A model generated the notes under the pieces. That model had not been told where the DNA came from. It was given only the letters and a program-made list of their open reading frames with translations, and searched no databases. Below are positions 25,599 to 39,038 of a stretch of DNA of 64,000 bases, piece by piece. This stretch comes from Marsupella aquatica (taxonomy: Eukaryota; Plantae; Marchantiophyta): assembly GCA_973895155.1 (NCBI GenBank), contig OZ316892.1:16916357-16980356 (forward strand), in the 5' to 3' direction. The number at the start of each line of letters is the position of its first letter. Position 1 is the first letter of the stretch. Made by a program: the position numbers and the translations under genes.

Positions 25599-28500
25599 TG
25601 CGGGTCTGCAACTGTGTATAGGAATTGAGCATTTGACTCAGTGCAACTCACTTGGACAATATAACTTTGAGCCTAGCTACACAGTCTGGACAGAAAATAC
25701 ATAGAAACACGGAATGAAATATTTGTAACAAGAAGAAAATAGTGAATTTGTTTTTTATACTGTGAGGGGGAATTTGGGTGTTAGAGGAGGAGGTGGTATC
25801 TGAGACAAAAGGTCAAGTTTGAGAGTTTGCAAAAAAGATGGTAGACAGATCACCTAGAGAAAATCATTTGTCCGGAAGGTGTTATTCTAGGAGAGAAGAA
25901 GGGCTATGATCCCTTAATTAACACAGCATGTTGTGTCCATTTGGTTTGCTGCTGATCAGGCATGGGGATCCATGGGGATAAGTGGAGATCAAATAGTAAT
26001 AACTAGCCAGGGAAAGGGCATCCATGGTGATGCAAAGGGGCTGCAGATATTTTGGGTTGTTCATGCTTTGGCATCCATGCAATGCAGTGGAAGGAAATGC
26101 ATGGAGATACTCTATTCAGGCATGGAAATCCAGGGGGATGTACTACCACAGGGGGTTGTTCTGTATATTACAAAAAGCTATGTCTAAATTAAAGTGACCC
26201 TGATGCCCAAGGCAGGGTCAGATGAGAGTGACAAACAGAGGTGATGGGCACATCAACGCCTACCCTACTGTTTTTGGCCTTTCGAGTGTTGGCCACAACC
26301 ATTAGCTGATGGATTTTTGTGATATAGTTTATGATAAAGCAGTCTAGACACACAAGAGGCTACCCTATTGAGTTTGGCCATGGACAGGGTTGCTGGCCAT
26401 CACCAGGCCATGTCCAAAGAGTTCTTTGGTCACAAGAAGACTAACCTCAGTCCATACAAAGTCCTAGGTATATTGTATCATACTTGCAATATTTATTACA
26501 CTGTATACTGCCAAATTTGGCGTAATATTATGGATACCTTGCCCCCCAGATACATATATACAAAACTAGATCTCACTTCCCTTCCTTCAACACATAGATT
26601 TTTGTGATATTCCATGAAATCTGATTACAAACGTGATGGGCAGAGAACGGGCTACCTTACTGTGTTTGGCCATGGACAGGGGGTGACAGTGATAAGCATT
26701 AGCAGCCTTGTCTGTCATCACACACCAAAATGTGGTAATATAAGGTGTGCACTCATTGATTTAAAAAAAATAACCAAGTTTATCATGGTATGGAGGGATG
26801 TCATACACCTTATATGTCCTATTTTGATGTGCAGTTAGCGGGACCCCATTGGCGGATGTCATTTGTAGAAAAGCAGCAAGGGAGGGGCGACATGATCTTG
26901 TTCGGGCATGGACATGTGATATTTGTAGCCTCATTTTTTTATTCAAGATGTGTGCCTGCCACTTCCTACCAATTTCTCCTTGTGTGAGAGGACAAATGGC
27001 GAGATATATTAATCTTCCTTATATCTAGGAAAACCTAAAGTTAAATCTTGACCTGTCAAAAATTTAGGACCAAAAGTACCTCCCATGATTTTCCTCTAGC
27101 TCTAGTGTACACTATTCTCAGAAATGAAAAGGCTCTCGGTGATCATAGTTAGGTACTGGCATATATATATGTGACTATTTTGCCTTGGATTGTAGATTGT
27201 ATCAAAAGAAGTCGTATTTTTAAGATTTTTCTATGGACCCCTCATGGAAAAAGAAACAGGGAAGGACCACTACGCCCTGAATGGACCATTTTCAGATACT
27301 GTTTTAAATTCAAATAGAATCTTTCTTTTGTATATATAAATGGTCAAACTTTTGGATCTCAAAATACATATCAAAGTGCCAAAAAGCAAAAACTCCAAGC
27401 CAGGAGACAGGGTCCCAAAGGCAATGCAACCCAATAAAGGGAAGGAAACAGAAGAGGGAAGGTCCCCAAGAAGACCAAAGAGGACCAACAAGGCAAGGAG
27501 TCCCCCACTACAAGCAAGGGAGACTACAAAAAGCTAGCATGGATCCAAAGGAGCAAAGATGACAGAAACCATATTGTGTGGAAAACTGAAAAGCTTGGTA
27601 GAATTCCAGAGTAAACTGCATAGGAAGGTCACGAAGTGGAATCTGTCTAGAGGTCCTAAAGCTAACAGCCTCTGCCCTACGGAGTATAGTGAAAGTCTGA
27701 GCCCTCTAAAGAGCCATGGACACCGTCACCCTCTGTCTAAAGAAGGCGACAAGGACAGATGCAGGGCAAAAAGGCCTCCACTCAATACAGTAAGCCGCAC
27801 AAGCCCAGAGAAACTGGTCAAAGGTGGGGTGGAGAACACAAAAAGTTGTAGAGTCTGTCCAGGCATAATTTTCCCCTCAAGAATCTTTCCATTGTTATAC
27901 TTGGTTGGCCCTTTTTAGTCAAGTAGAGTAGTTTTCTTCTCGTTTCAATAAAAACACTATGGTAGTCTCTCTCCCAAATCAAGCACCTTACTCCTGTCTC
28001 CTACTCCTAGTGAAACCCCTCCTCTGCCTTTTTCATTTCTAAATACAAATAAAACAGTGGCACTATTGTAAATTCAAACATCTTAAATGACAATGTACTT
28101 AAAAGCCATTCTCTTTATACCTTCTTGATCTGTCTCTTTGCAATTTTTGGTGTGCTACGGAGAAGAACGCACAGTCCACATTTGGACAGGGCGTTATAAA
28201 ACTCTCCTTTACTTTTGCTATAAACACTAGAAATAAACAATGTTTTGGGAATTTAAGTGTATTAGCCCCCTGTTACGAGGGCAGTATTGGCTATATAATA
28301 GTCCCTCAAAAGTCCAGCTCAAGCTTATCTGTATTATTTATTATGGCCCAGGATGCCCTGTTGCCAAGGTGTTACTATCTACTTTATGGCCTTCAAGATT
28401 GTTCCCATTCTAGTTTTGGGTGCATTTGTGGAGAAGGACACCTAGTCCAGACTTGGATCGGGGCATCATGCAACTTGAGTTCTCCTTTACTTCTACTAAA

Positions 28501-29844
28501 AAAGACTGAAGATAGAAAATCTCCAAGGCCTTTAAGCCCCCCTTTGAGTATATTAACACCCTGTTATAATCCCTCAGCGATCAAAACAAACCCCTCATTT
28601 TCTATGTTGGGTGCTCAAAGAGTGACCACCAATTTTTCTTACTTTTGAGCCTCTTGTTCAAAGGGCTTTGGAATGAGGGTTAGTGCAAAAGCTGGTTGAT
28701 TTATGTAGCACTAACTTATAACCAATATTTCTTAGTGTAAAGTCTTTTTGTGCAAAGGAGTTTGGTGAACCCCACTTTGGAATGAGGGTTTGTTCAGAAG
28801 CTGTTCAATTTATGAAGCATAAACTTATTATCTAACTAGCCTCAATGAAAATTATTACCATTTACTAAGTTTGTCCAGATGACTAATGTTAGGCAAACTC
28901 TGCACTTATGTGCACATGCGCAACTTACTTAGCATCTGGAATCTCTGGATGATGGGTTTAGGGATTATGGACAGCATTAAATGGGGGGACTCAATGGAAA
29001 ACAATAAAGCAATTGCACACGAAGATGTTATAATATACAAAGTATTATATCATTCCATATCATGATAAACCCAGTTATTCACTTTAAATCAGTTATAGTA
29101 TATTATAACATTTTGATTTGCAATAACCTGGAAGCAACACTAAAGGAAGGATGGGTTTTGGGACTACGAGCAGGAGGCGGGACCCAAGGACCCAATGGAC
29201 AACAATAAATGACAAGGAGTTTACAGGAACACTCGTCCAGAATTCTTAGAGCCTCTTTTCACGATAAATATCCACATGCTGAAAAGCCAAACACTGAAAA
29301 AGTAGAAAAGGGATCCAGATCGATCGACTTTTGGACCTGTAGCCTAGTCTCTCGCTCCCTTACCTGAGGGTTTTCAGTGTAGGATTGCTTTTTTCAAGAG
29401 GCTATGATCGTGCAGTATGGACCGAGGTGAAGCATCGTAAAGGCGAGGTACAACCATAGCTTAGCGCGGGTAAGGACAGATCAAGTGCACTTGATTTCAG
29501 AAAGGGTCGCCAGCTACATTGACGAATCAATCCGTCACAATAATGATGCATCGTCCTCTTCTTTCTGAAAAAATACGTGTGAAAAATACAGAGCGAAAAA
29601 GGCGGAAGAAGAATTATTTAATGGAAGACAAAACAACGAGAAAGAGAGGGAGCGTTGGAAGTGAAGGGACCTGCCCTTTGCATTCGTTCTCCTGCGCACA
29701 TTCTCTCTTTGATTTGTGCGATATGTGTCGACTCCCGTCAATGTATTGCACAATGCATACAGCAGTTGCTGTTGACTTGCGCGCTAGTGACACACCGGTC
29801 GAGCATGTCCCTGGCAGGTCTTTGGAGTAAGGTGTGGATTGTTA

Positions 29845-30281
29845 TGGACTCTCGCCTGTGCTTGATTCCGAATGATCTGGCCTTCTTCCACCCAGTGTTT
29901 TGCTACAGTGTTTGTCCTCCAGTTTAATTGCCTTCAGGTGTTAAAATTTTCTTTTGGACTCTCGCCTGTGCTTGATTCCGAATGATCTGGCCTTCTTCCA
30001 CCCAGTGTGTTGCTAGTGTTTGTCCTCCAGTTAATTGCCTTCAGGTGTTAAAATTTTCTTTTGGACTCTCGCCTGTGCTTGATTCCGAATGATCTGGCCT
30101 TCTTCCACCCAGTGTTTTGCTACAGTGTTTGTCCTCCAGTTAATTGCCTTCAGGTGTTAAAATTTTCTTTTGGACTCTCGCCTGTGCTTGATTCCGAATG
30201 ATCTGGCCTTCTTCCACCCAGTGTTTTGCTACAGTATTTGTCCTCCAGTTAATTGCCTTCAGGTGTTAAAAATTTTCTTTT
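29845..30281. repeat. Four near-identical ~109-bp tandem copies upstream of the GT34 ORF
   Basis: TGGACTCTCGCCTGTGCTTGATTCCGAATGATC at 29845, ~29955, ~30062 and 30171. Confidence 0.95.
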
Positions 30282-30896
30282 GCGGTCAGTGTACGCCTAC
30301 TTTGTGGATGCTTGTCATATTTAGATCTCCCTGGGCAATGTCAGTTCTGACTGCGAAATGCATTGAGGAAAGCCACTCAAATCAACTACTCTGTCCCTTC
30401 CGTCAGATTCAGTTGCCACTGTTTCGGTTGGTCGGGAGGAGAGAGCCATGGAGTTGTGAGCTGAATCTGGATAGACAACGTCGGGGATCTTCGGCTTCGG
30501 GAAATTGACGTTGGAAATATTTTCCAAGATCGAAATCTACGGACTTGTTCGCAGAATTTGACTGAGATTATCTATGATTTGGTGTGGGTTTATTTGATTA
30601 AGACCAGAGTGGAAGGTTCAGATTTTTCGGTTGTTCAACATTCCTTTCCGCAGCATCAGTAGTAATCGTGCATTGTAAGAGGTGTGTGTGTGTTCCAAGT
30701 GAATTTGATGCCTTTCTCATCGCGGCGGTGATAGTTGTTAAAAATAATGAGTACCGGTGGAGCTAAAACGATGCTCCAGGGAGTTAACAGCTTGTGTCAG
30801 TCTAGAGACCTCAACTGGTGTGGAACCACAAGTATGGTGGTGGGCGCCAGCTAGCAACCGGTGCCTGAGTTTGGAGGACTAGTTTCGGTATTTAGT

Positions 30897-32714
30897 ATGG
30901 GAGTCTTTGTGGTAAGGGTGCGTGGTATCAACGAGTGGGTCATCTCGCATCATCAAAGAGTTTTAGTATTGGCATTGTTGCAGTGCCTCTTTTTTTCCAA
31001 TCTCATCAATACTATCAGTGCAACGAGATACCATGTCGATTTGGTGGCAGAGCTACACAAATCAATGGCCCGATATCAACAACTGCGAGCATTGGAGAAC
31101 ACCGAGCGTGATATAATGCAAGTTGATGAGGAAATGATGAAGGAGAAGGTAATCGACGAGCTGAGGTTAACAGAAGTTGTTCAGCGACAACAGGTGGTCG
31201 GCTTAGAGAAGGATCTGGGGCCGGAGTCGAAGAAGGTTGATGAGCTCCAGAGTCCCACTGGACGAAATTCAGATGAAAACGCCCATCATCGTCAACAGGC
31301 GGGATTAGAGAACCCGGCGGGGCACGAGTTCAATAAGCTTGATGACCTTATTCATATGGTAAAGAGTTCAAAGTTTGGTCAACAGCAACAGCAACAGCGG
31401 GAGTTGGAGACCGACATCGAGCATGAGTTGAAGAAGATTGAGAGGTCCACTTCAGAATATTCAAATGGTGCCCCAGACCTCGATCAGCACCGACAGGGCA
31501 GATCAGTAAAACAAGAAATGCAACATTCGAGGAATGTGGGCCAGACGGAGGAGCCCTCTGATGAAATTCCAAGAGACAACCCGGAATTTGATCGAGAGCG
31601 GAAAAGGGGTTTGAAGGACGGAGCCAAAGAGGGAAACAGTGAGGATTTAGAGCCTTTCGAATTCCCTGACCCTTACCTGCTTGGTCCCACTATCCAAGAC
31701 TGGGATGAACAGCGTAGCAGCTGGCTGGAGCAAAACCCCCACATGAAATCAACACTCAACAAGCCTCGTGTTCTTATTGTCACAGGATCCCAGCCAGAAC
31801 CCTGCCTCAGCCCTGTTGGAGACAATTTTCACATGAAGTCTTGCAAGTTGAAGATAGATTATGCACGCATGCATGGCTTTGAATTTTACTACAATCTGGT
31901 TTGGCTGGATCCTCTATTTGGAGGGTGGTGGGTCAAGCTTCCAACGCTTCGCAAGCTGATGTTAACCCATCCGGAGATAGAATGGTTCTTCTGGGTTGAC
32001 AGTGACGCAGTCTTTACAGACATGCTTTTCGAGCCCCCCTTCCACACATATGAGGGCTACAATATGGTCATGTGGGGCTGGGAGTATGGACTTTTGACCA
32101 GCAAGAGCTGGGTAGCTTTCAATGCTGGTGTCTTCTTGATACGGAACTGTCAATGGAGCCTTGACCTTATTGACAAGTGGTCGCCAATGGGACCCAAAGG
32201 TCCAGTCAGAGATGAGTATGGCAAGATTTTTACATCTTTTCTCTCGTTTAGAAAGGAGAATTTTTCATCTGATGATCAGTCTGCTCTCGCTTATCTCATA
32301 ATCACTGATGAGGCCGTGAGGTCGAAGGTCAAATTGGTTGAATCCGATACTTACACAATGAGCGGTTTTTGGATTGAAGTCGTGGAAACGTATGAGGACT
32401 GTTCAGAGAAGTATCATCCAGGATTGGGGGATAAGAGGTGGCCCTGGATCACGCATTTCACAGGCTGTGGGTTTTGTGCTGGTGGCGACAATCCTGACTA
32501 TGCCTATGAGAGGTGCATGGAGAGCTTTGGCAGAGCTTATAACTTTGCTGACAATCAAGTCCTGGCTTACATGGGCTTTCAACACAAGAATCTGTCGTCA
32601 GAAGTTGTTCTTCCCACCAGACATGAAACAGATCGGCCAATCGAGTTTGTGGGTGTGAATCCGTGGGCGGAGAGGATCGCTCAAGTAGCTGCAGCAGCAG
32701 AAGGAGCGTCTTGA
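30897..32714 (+). CDS. Glycosyltransferase family 34 (xyloglucan xylosyltransferase / galactomannan galactosyltransferase-like), intronless
   Basis: N-terminal hydrophobic segment, a long stem, then LGPTIQDWDEQR, VLIVTGSQP..C, KIDYARMHG, HPEIEWFFWVDSDA (DxD), NAGVFLIRNCQWS, DDQSAL, PWITHFTGC and RAYNFADNQVL. Confidence 0.92.
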   Translation: MGVFVVRVRGINEWVISHHQRVLVLALLQCLFFSNLINTISATRYHVDLVAELHKSMARYQQLRALENTERDIMQVDEEMMKEKVIDELRLTEVVQRQQVVGLEKDLGPESKKVDELQSPTGRNSDENAHHRQQAGLENPAGHEFNKLDDLIHMVKSSKFGQQQQQQRELETDIEHELKKIERSTSEYSNGAPDLDQHRQGRSVKQEMQHSRNVGQTEEPSDEIPRDNPEFDRERKRGLKDGAKEGNSEDLEPFEFPDPYLLGPTIQDWDEQRSSWLEQNPHMKSTLNKPRVLIVTGSQPEPCLSPVGDNFHMKSCKLKIDYARMHGFEFYYNLVWLDPLFGGWWVKLPTLRKLMLTHPEIEWFFWVDSDAVFTDMLFEPPFHTYEGYNMVMWGWEYGLLTSKSWVAFNAGVFLIRNCQWSLDLIDKWSPMGPKGPVRDEYGKIFTSFLSFRKENFSSDDQSALAYLIITDEAVRSKVKLVESDTYTMSGFWIEVVETYEDCSEKYHPGLGDKRWPWITHFTGCGFCAGGDNPDYAYERCMESFGRAYNFADNQVLAYMGFQHKNLSSEVVLPTRHETDRPIEFVGVNPWAERIAQVAAAAEGAS

Positions 32715-33018
32715 TGATCACGGCTGACAAAATTAAAGCTATCCAGTAAACTCATTTGCATGGATATCAATCGGGCGTACATCGAATTATTCGTCCTTCG
32801 AATTACATCCTTGTAGCTAGCATGATATTGGAAGTTGTGAGTCTCCCCGGAAGTCAAGCATTGATCCATATTGTCTCAGATCTCTAAACAAGGGAGAGGT
32901 ATCCTTTAAGGACATTTATTATTTTCAGCGATGGGAATTTCCTCCCATGCAATAAATGCAATGCCTAAAATTTGTACAAAACTGTTCCCAAATTAGATGG
33001 GCATTATGAAGTAACAAT

Positions 33019-36000
33019 TCAATGACACATACATTCATTACATCTAGGGTGTCTATATATACTTCGGGCGACTGGCCGGACCAGAACCCGCTTACTTTCT
33101 CTGACTGACTTCCTGACCTTTTCTTCAAACTCCTCCCATTCCATGGTCATATTTTGCGTGAAATAGGACACTAGCCTCCGTTTGTTGGGTCTAATGGTTG
33201 GAAGTTGACCTTCCCCGTAATATATCCGATGTCCGGAGGCCAGAGATGCTAGTTGACTTCCTGAATCTGTCATTGCAAAAGCATCCGCAACTGCACAACC
33301 AATAAAATCCAACGCTGCCATCTGTACGCCAGAATCATCGAATTGTCAAAACCTGAATTGATCTGTATACTTTTAAAACAAATTCCATAGAGTGAGCTAG
33401 CAAGGAGAAGGAAATCGAAATCATGACCGTACCTGAGACGAATGGTTAGCAAATGGAGCCAATTCTTCGGGTGTGAGCAGATTCTCCTTCGTAACTAGAT
33501 TGGGGTACAGACTAGTTATGGCAGCCATGCGTGACTGACCACCATAAATATGTGCACCGGCAAGGAAAATTCGTGTGCTACGCTTGAACCCCAAGGAAGC
33601 TAGGATCAACACAGCTTCTTCAGGTGTCAGTGGACACCTTCCTTCTGCCCTTAGCTGCGTGGCTGACATCAATCTGCCAAATGGAACACAATGAATAGCT
33701 TGGAGGCTATAAAGCTGCGAAACGAATTTACAGAGAGAGGATGACACAGACTGTCCCCACTAGTGTTTCTTAAAATAGCAGCAACTATCACAGTGCAATT
33801 TACACAAGTTAAACCCCTAGAAAGAAAAAATAGCGATCACGTCTACCAAATGAATTATAGAGGCAAAGAAAGTGAGTATGAACTCTAATGTCGGTGTAGT
33901 ATGATCAAGACCATCTTATCCAGCATGTATTGCCGATCCACATCACGAATTTTAGTGCTAGACAGAGCCAGCACCTGAAAAGCATCTCAGTAACGAATAC
34001 CTTTCTTTTGTGATATCTACATCGCGTGATAAATTAAACTTGCATGGAAAATGTAAGCTGGGGGACTTCGTCAATAAATTTATGAGTCCAGTGAGTACTT
34101 ACTTGCCACTTTCCTGATATTTGGAGAGGGTTGGGAAATGAATCGTTCTATATGCTGCGAGCTCCTGTTTCTCTGCTTCACCCCCACCAAATTCGCACAA
34201 AGAATATGCAACCATATCCATCTCAAATCTCAAATGCAGACCCAGGTATTTAATTGCGGCACTGCCACTGGGCTCAACCCGCTCATCTACTTGACCATCT
34301 GAACCAGATTGTATACTGCTTGGAATATCAATATCACCAATCAATTGTTTCTCTATTGTTGAGAGTTTATGTTCAGAAGATGAAGAGTTGTCTAGTGGTC
34401 CCCAACGAAGGCTCTTATCCTTCATTCGTTTGATCATCATTCCCGCGGCTTCTCTGATGTGTGGCTTGAACTTCAAAGCATGATAGTTGCAACGACAGCG
34501 CAGCCTCTGGACGTCCAGGGAAATGATATTAATACGTATTCTAGCTTTCTCAGATTCTAATTAGGCGATGCGTCTAAGATAACGAGGGAAAAATTCTGTT
34601 TCCCAGACCAAACTCCTCTCAATGACAATATCTGTTTCTTACGGTAAATTAAGGACAATTGTTACACATACATAGCCCTCCACGAGTCCAATCTATTATT
34701 CTACGAGCAAGTTACCTGAATGTCGAAAGGTATGGGGTCGAATGAGAGTGCATTCTCGAAGCCAACAAAGTGCACGACACGATTACGATGTAAAATTGGC
34801 AGAATCATCTGGACAAAGAAGCTTGGTTTTGACTCCTTGGGGACGTCCACGTTAGTCAGCTGGAAGAAAATTGCACATAATGAGTTATGCGACGAAGTCG
34901 CAAATTAGCTGATGGACTCTGCCTAGGCAAAAGTAATACAGCATCTGGAATGGAAACAGAAATGGAAGGTTCAGATTTCGTTGCAGATCGAAAGGCAGCA
35001 CCAGACATGATCCCACTTACAATGCTGCCCATGATTGCAAGGTCCAGTGAATGTAGCTCCACGGGAAGTTCAGATAAAATGTGCACATCGTCTTTCAAGT
35101 AGTTCACGAAGTACGATTTCTCATATATATCGTCAAACTGGCTGCTCCACACAACAAAAAGTCATTATAGAATCATGTGATGAACCTCTTTACTCCTATT
35201 ACTTGACGTACGCAATTTAGTTAGCCACACGAAAACTGTAAGCCTGTAGGGCAGAAGAGCCTATATATATAGATACATATAAACAACAATCAACTAAAGT
35301 AGAACTGCCGCCAAATGGACCTAATATGCCATCGACCCTACAAGTAGAATGCCTATCACAATGAGAGCTCCAGAATTCGTTCCATGTCGTTGCTGCCAAG
35401 TATTACTGGCCAAACGTAGAGTGCATACAACGGATCTGCCTCTTTACAGAAAGGTACCTGGTGTCCCTCCAGACACTGCTGATCAAAAATTGTGGTAAAA
35501 CCAACGTGGCATTCAACAAACGAGCGACAGCGACCGCATTGCAAATCTGCAACAGAATTGACAAAGATGAAGCACAACTCCATTCACCTGCGCAAGAATG
35601 CTGAAAGCACCATTTCCGGACATTTCCAATGCTTCATACGATTTTGAGGAGTTATGACCATGATACTCGCTTAAATTTTCAGACTTTTCACAAAAAGAAG
35701 TAAACTGCTGTATAGCGCCATAAGTGACAATATTATAAAGTTCTCACTTCCAAACTCATTCACGTTCAAATGTATATATGCAAAACACGTTGCTAGCAAG
35801 TTGGCATAAAAGATTTACAAAAACTCACAGCAACTCTTTGCTGATTTAGCCCGCCATCTGCACTGACCATAATGTACCCGGAGCTTTGTCGAGGTTCTGG
35901 AGGGGCTGTAGTCAACAGTGCGTCTCGGATTATCAGTTCAATAGGGACGTTCTCAGTTGCCTTCGTTACAATTTGAACACATATTAAAGGAACGGCAGTG

Positions 36001-37245
36001 ATCGAATTTCTCAGCAGATGTAGGATACTCCGATTGGGCAAGAGTTCCAAATCCTCCACATGTTGTACCATTTAGAAGTGAACTTGCAAGATAGGCAGTT
36101 TTCTTCACCAAGCAGGAAAGAGAGCTCACCAACGTGGGTAGCATTTCTGTTCTCGGCACATGGTCTCCATTGGGACGAGCCCATAATGGGCTCCTTCCAC
36201 AATTCATCAGGTTCTTGTTTAGCAAACCCCTGTGATATCGCAAGAAAAGGAAAATACGAGCATGGAAAAGGATGAGCTTACTTATCTATTAAAAACGAGT
36301 GGTAGATTCCAATTAACCAGAGAAGCTTACAAAGCAGCACAACTTAGAACGCAGAATTGGCTGGTTGCATCTTCAGGGTGGGAAGATACCTCGGCAAGGG
36401 CATGAGCAGCCAAGCTCAACAGTCGCTCATACATCGGTTTTGTTGGTCCTTCAGATCTTAATGGCTGGCCACACAATGTAGCAAAATACACCTTCAGCCC
36501 CTACTTCCTTTCCATCATATGACACTTGTACAAAATGTTGCTATTGTGCTATTCGGCCCTCAAAGAAAAGCTCATGGATTCTGTATCTGTGCTTGGCACT
36601 CGGCAACCTCGAATTTTATTCATTCCTTCTCTCCAATTTGACGCACATCCGTTCAGGCTTTGCCGAGAATATCCTGAAATCTCTAAAGTCTCACATCCTG
36701 TTCAATGCGCCAGCCAAGTTCTAACTTAATTAGCTTTAACCACCACTGGCACCATATAAGGGAGAAATGTGGAAAACTCCCACCGTTTTTCAAGATTATG
36801 ATGCTAAACACGGTGATTACCAGGACTCCCTGGTGACAGTGGTGGTTTGATGTCCAACACTTAGGTTAACGATCTAAGAAAAAAAACTTATTCGACTCAC
36901 CAGCGAGAGAGCCGGAGACGAACCAGAAGAAGACTCGCTTTTCAATAATATTGTGTGACGTAGAGAGAACAGATATCGCCATTCGAGAAGAAAGACTGCT
37001 AAGAGCAACAATAACGGAGTCCAAAGAGCTTTCCGGCCTCTCTTACGGAACATCTTGTAATTTTTTGACACAGAAAGGCTTGGCAACCCTGCTGAGTATT
37101 TCCCAAAAGCTGGAGAAGCCCCGAGCACAGTTGCTACTCCGGAAGGTGACGAAGGCTCTTCCGAACACTGCAGTGGGCACGTCCCCTCTGAGGCGTTCGA
37201 GGCTCTGTGTCTCGATAATGATTGAGCTCTGCCATAGCTTGACAT
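33019..37245 (-). CDS. Plant O-fucosyltransferase-family (DUF246/GT106) Golgi glycosyltransferase, ~10 exons
   Basis: Exon pieces: TM helix (WTPLLLLLAVFLL), GYIMVSADGGLNQQRVA/ICNAVAVARLLNATLV, FDDIYE, YLGLHLRFEMDMVAYSLC, GRCPLTPEEAVLIL, AALDFIGC..DAFAMTDSGSQ, ending RHPRCNECMCH-stop. GT..AG borders seen (e.g. exons 37245-36901, 36464-36390, 36229-36130). Confidence 0.92.
36739..36846. mobile_element. 108-bp MITE in intron 1 of the O-fucosyltransferase-family gene
   Basis: Perfect 10-bp TIR ACCACCACTG/CAGTGGTGGT. The flanks TTTA and TTGA are each one change from TTAA. The internal TATAAGGGAGAA resembles the 25.4-kb MITE. Confidence 0.6.
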
Positions 37246-38765
37246 CGCGGATTGGCGCCGGAGGACACCACAGAGCAGATTTGTAAAACGAAATGTGAGA
37301 AATATTATCTTGACCGCACCATGCCAATGTCTTCTTTTATGCTTGTGTTCCCTGCCTCGCGACTAGCGTCATTCGCTTTGCCAGATTTCCCTCGTCACAT
37401 AGACGAGCTGATGTATCAAACTGTAATCCTAGAAAGGTGCAGCTATCGGCAGCTAGTCAAGATTGCTAATCCGTACTATTCGATGTTTTGGAAGTGGCAG
37501 CAGCTGAAGTTCTCCTTGCGATTGAGGAAGCATCTTATATTCAACGCTGAAAATGGAGACCAACTTGAACCATAGGTCACAGAAGTCATGCAAGGCAAGG
37601 AAGCAAGAGCTTGGACCGCATCAAATCTGCAAAATTCAGAGCTGCATCGGTTAATCACGTCCCTTCTGCGTCGGTGAGCATTTTCCTCCCTAGAGATCTA
37701 ACCCTTCTACTCTGGTCTTTATCAAACAAACCCAGACCACGTCAAGGATGATCTCATTCGGATTCCTCCAACAGTCCGTAGCTTTCGAGCTAACGCAAGC
37801 GTCAATTTCCCGAAGCCCAAGATCTCCAACGTTGTCTGTTCAAATTCAGCTCACAATTCGATGGCTCTCTCCTCTCAACGAACCGGAACTGTGGCAATTG
37901 ACTCTGACACAAGTGACAACGATAATCGAATTGAGTCGCTACCTCGACGCATTTCTCTAGTCAAAACTAACGCTCCCCGGAAAAAACAATTGACAAAAAT
38001 CCGCGATTTCAATTCGGCGTACACCGACGGGGCAACAATGCTTCACTCCTGAGGAGAATGAATCGAAGGACAAAAACAACAGCAGAACACAGGTTGCAGG
38101 AAAGCCAGACTGTTCGGAATCTAGAGAAAGGGAGTGAGGGGACGAAGACAGAACAAAAAATTGAAGAGTATCGAACAACGCTCGGAGAAATAGGAGGGGA
38201 TCGGAGAGGAGATTTCGTGTGCCAGAACCCGGCAGAAAAACAGTTTGCAATCTGAAGAATCGAATTGGAAAGGAAACGAATCGATTTCTTTACAATATTG
38301 CGCCTAGTAACAATTAAAATTTCAAACAACAACAGCAAAGAGAAAAATGGTAGATGGTCAAAGATGGAAGGCTGATCCAGTACCTGAAATCGCGCTAATT
38401 TTCGCACAGCTCCAGCCGAAACGTGAAGACGTAAAATCCTCTCCCGGAACTTCAATCCATTGCGCGGCTTCGGCACATATATCAACTTTGGCCGACGTCC
38501 GCCTCCCGCTTAAAGCATGCTCCCCGCGTGAAATTGAACAACTGCTCACGGGGACATCGTTGCTTCCCGTTGTGCTCCTTTTCCCCATGTCTCGTGGGGA
38601 AAACAAACTACGCACTAACTGCATCGTACTCTTCCTAAGTGCACATTTCCGGGAAGAAGCCGGACTTTGCACTTACATCGAGCTATAAAGCGCAATCAAA
38701 AGCTATAGCACTTACATCTGACCAATACAACTTTATTGGTCCTGGGTTTGTTGTTTAGAGTGAAC

Positions 38766-39038
38766 ACTCTAGACCCTGACACTAAATAAGAGCACAACCA
38801 AAAGTGACTGGCAGGATTACCCATTATTTGAAGTTAAGTGAGATGAGACAAAAAAAACATTTAAAACAAAACTTTTTTCTTATTATTTTCCGTGCATCTT
38901 TGCCCCCAGACTCTAGACCCTAGAGCATAACTAAAGGTGACTAGCCTGATTACCGATTACTTGAACTTAAGTATGGATGAGACAAAAATAATCTTGAAAA
39001 CAATTTCTTATTATTTTACATTCATCTTTGCCCCCATC
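38766..39038. repeat. ~140-bp diverged tandem duplication
   Basis: ACTCTAGACCCT...GATGAGACAAAAA...TTCTTATTATTTT...CATCTTTGCCCCCA occurs twice. Confidence 0.75.

Noticed and set aside
28656-28830. Short dispersed repeat shared with ~51820-52010
   Set aside because: The similarity is real, but there are no termini, TSD or coding signal to classify it.
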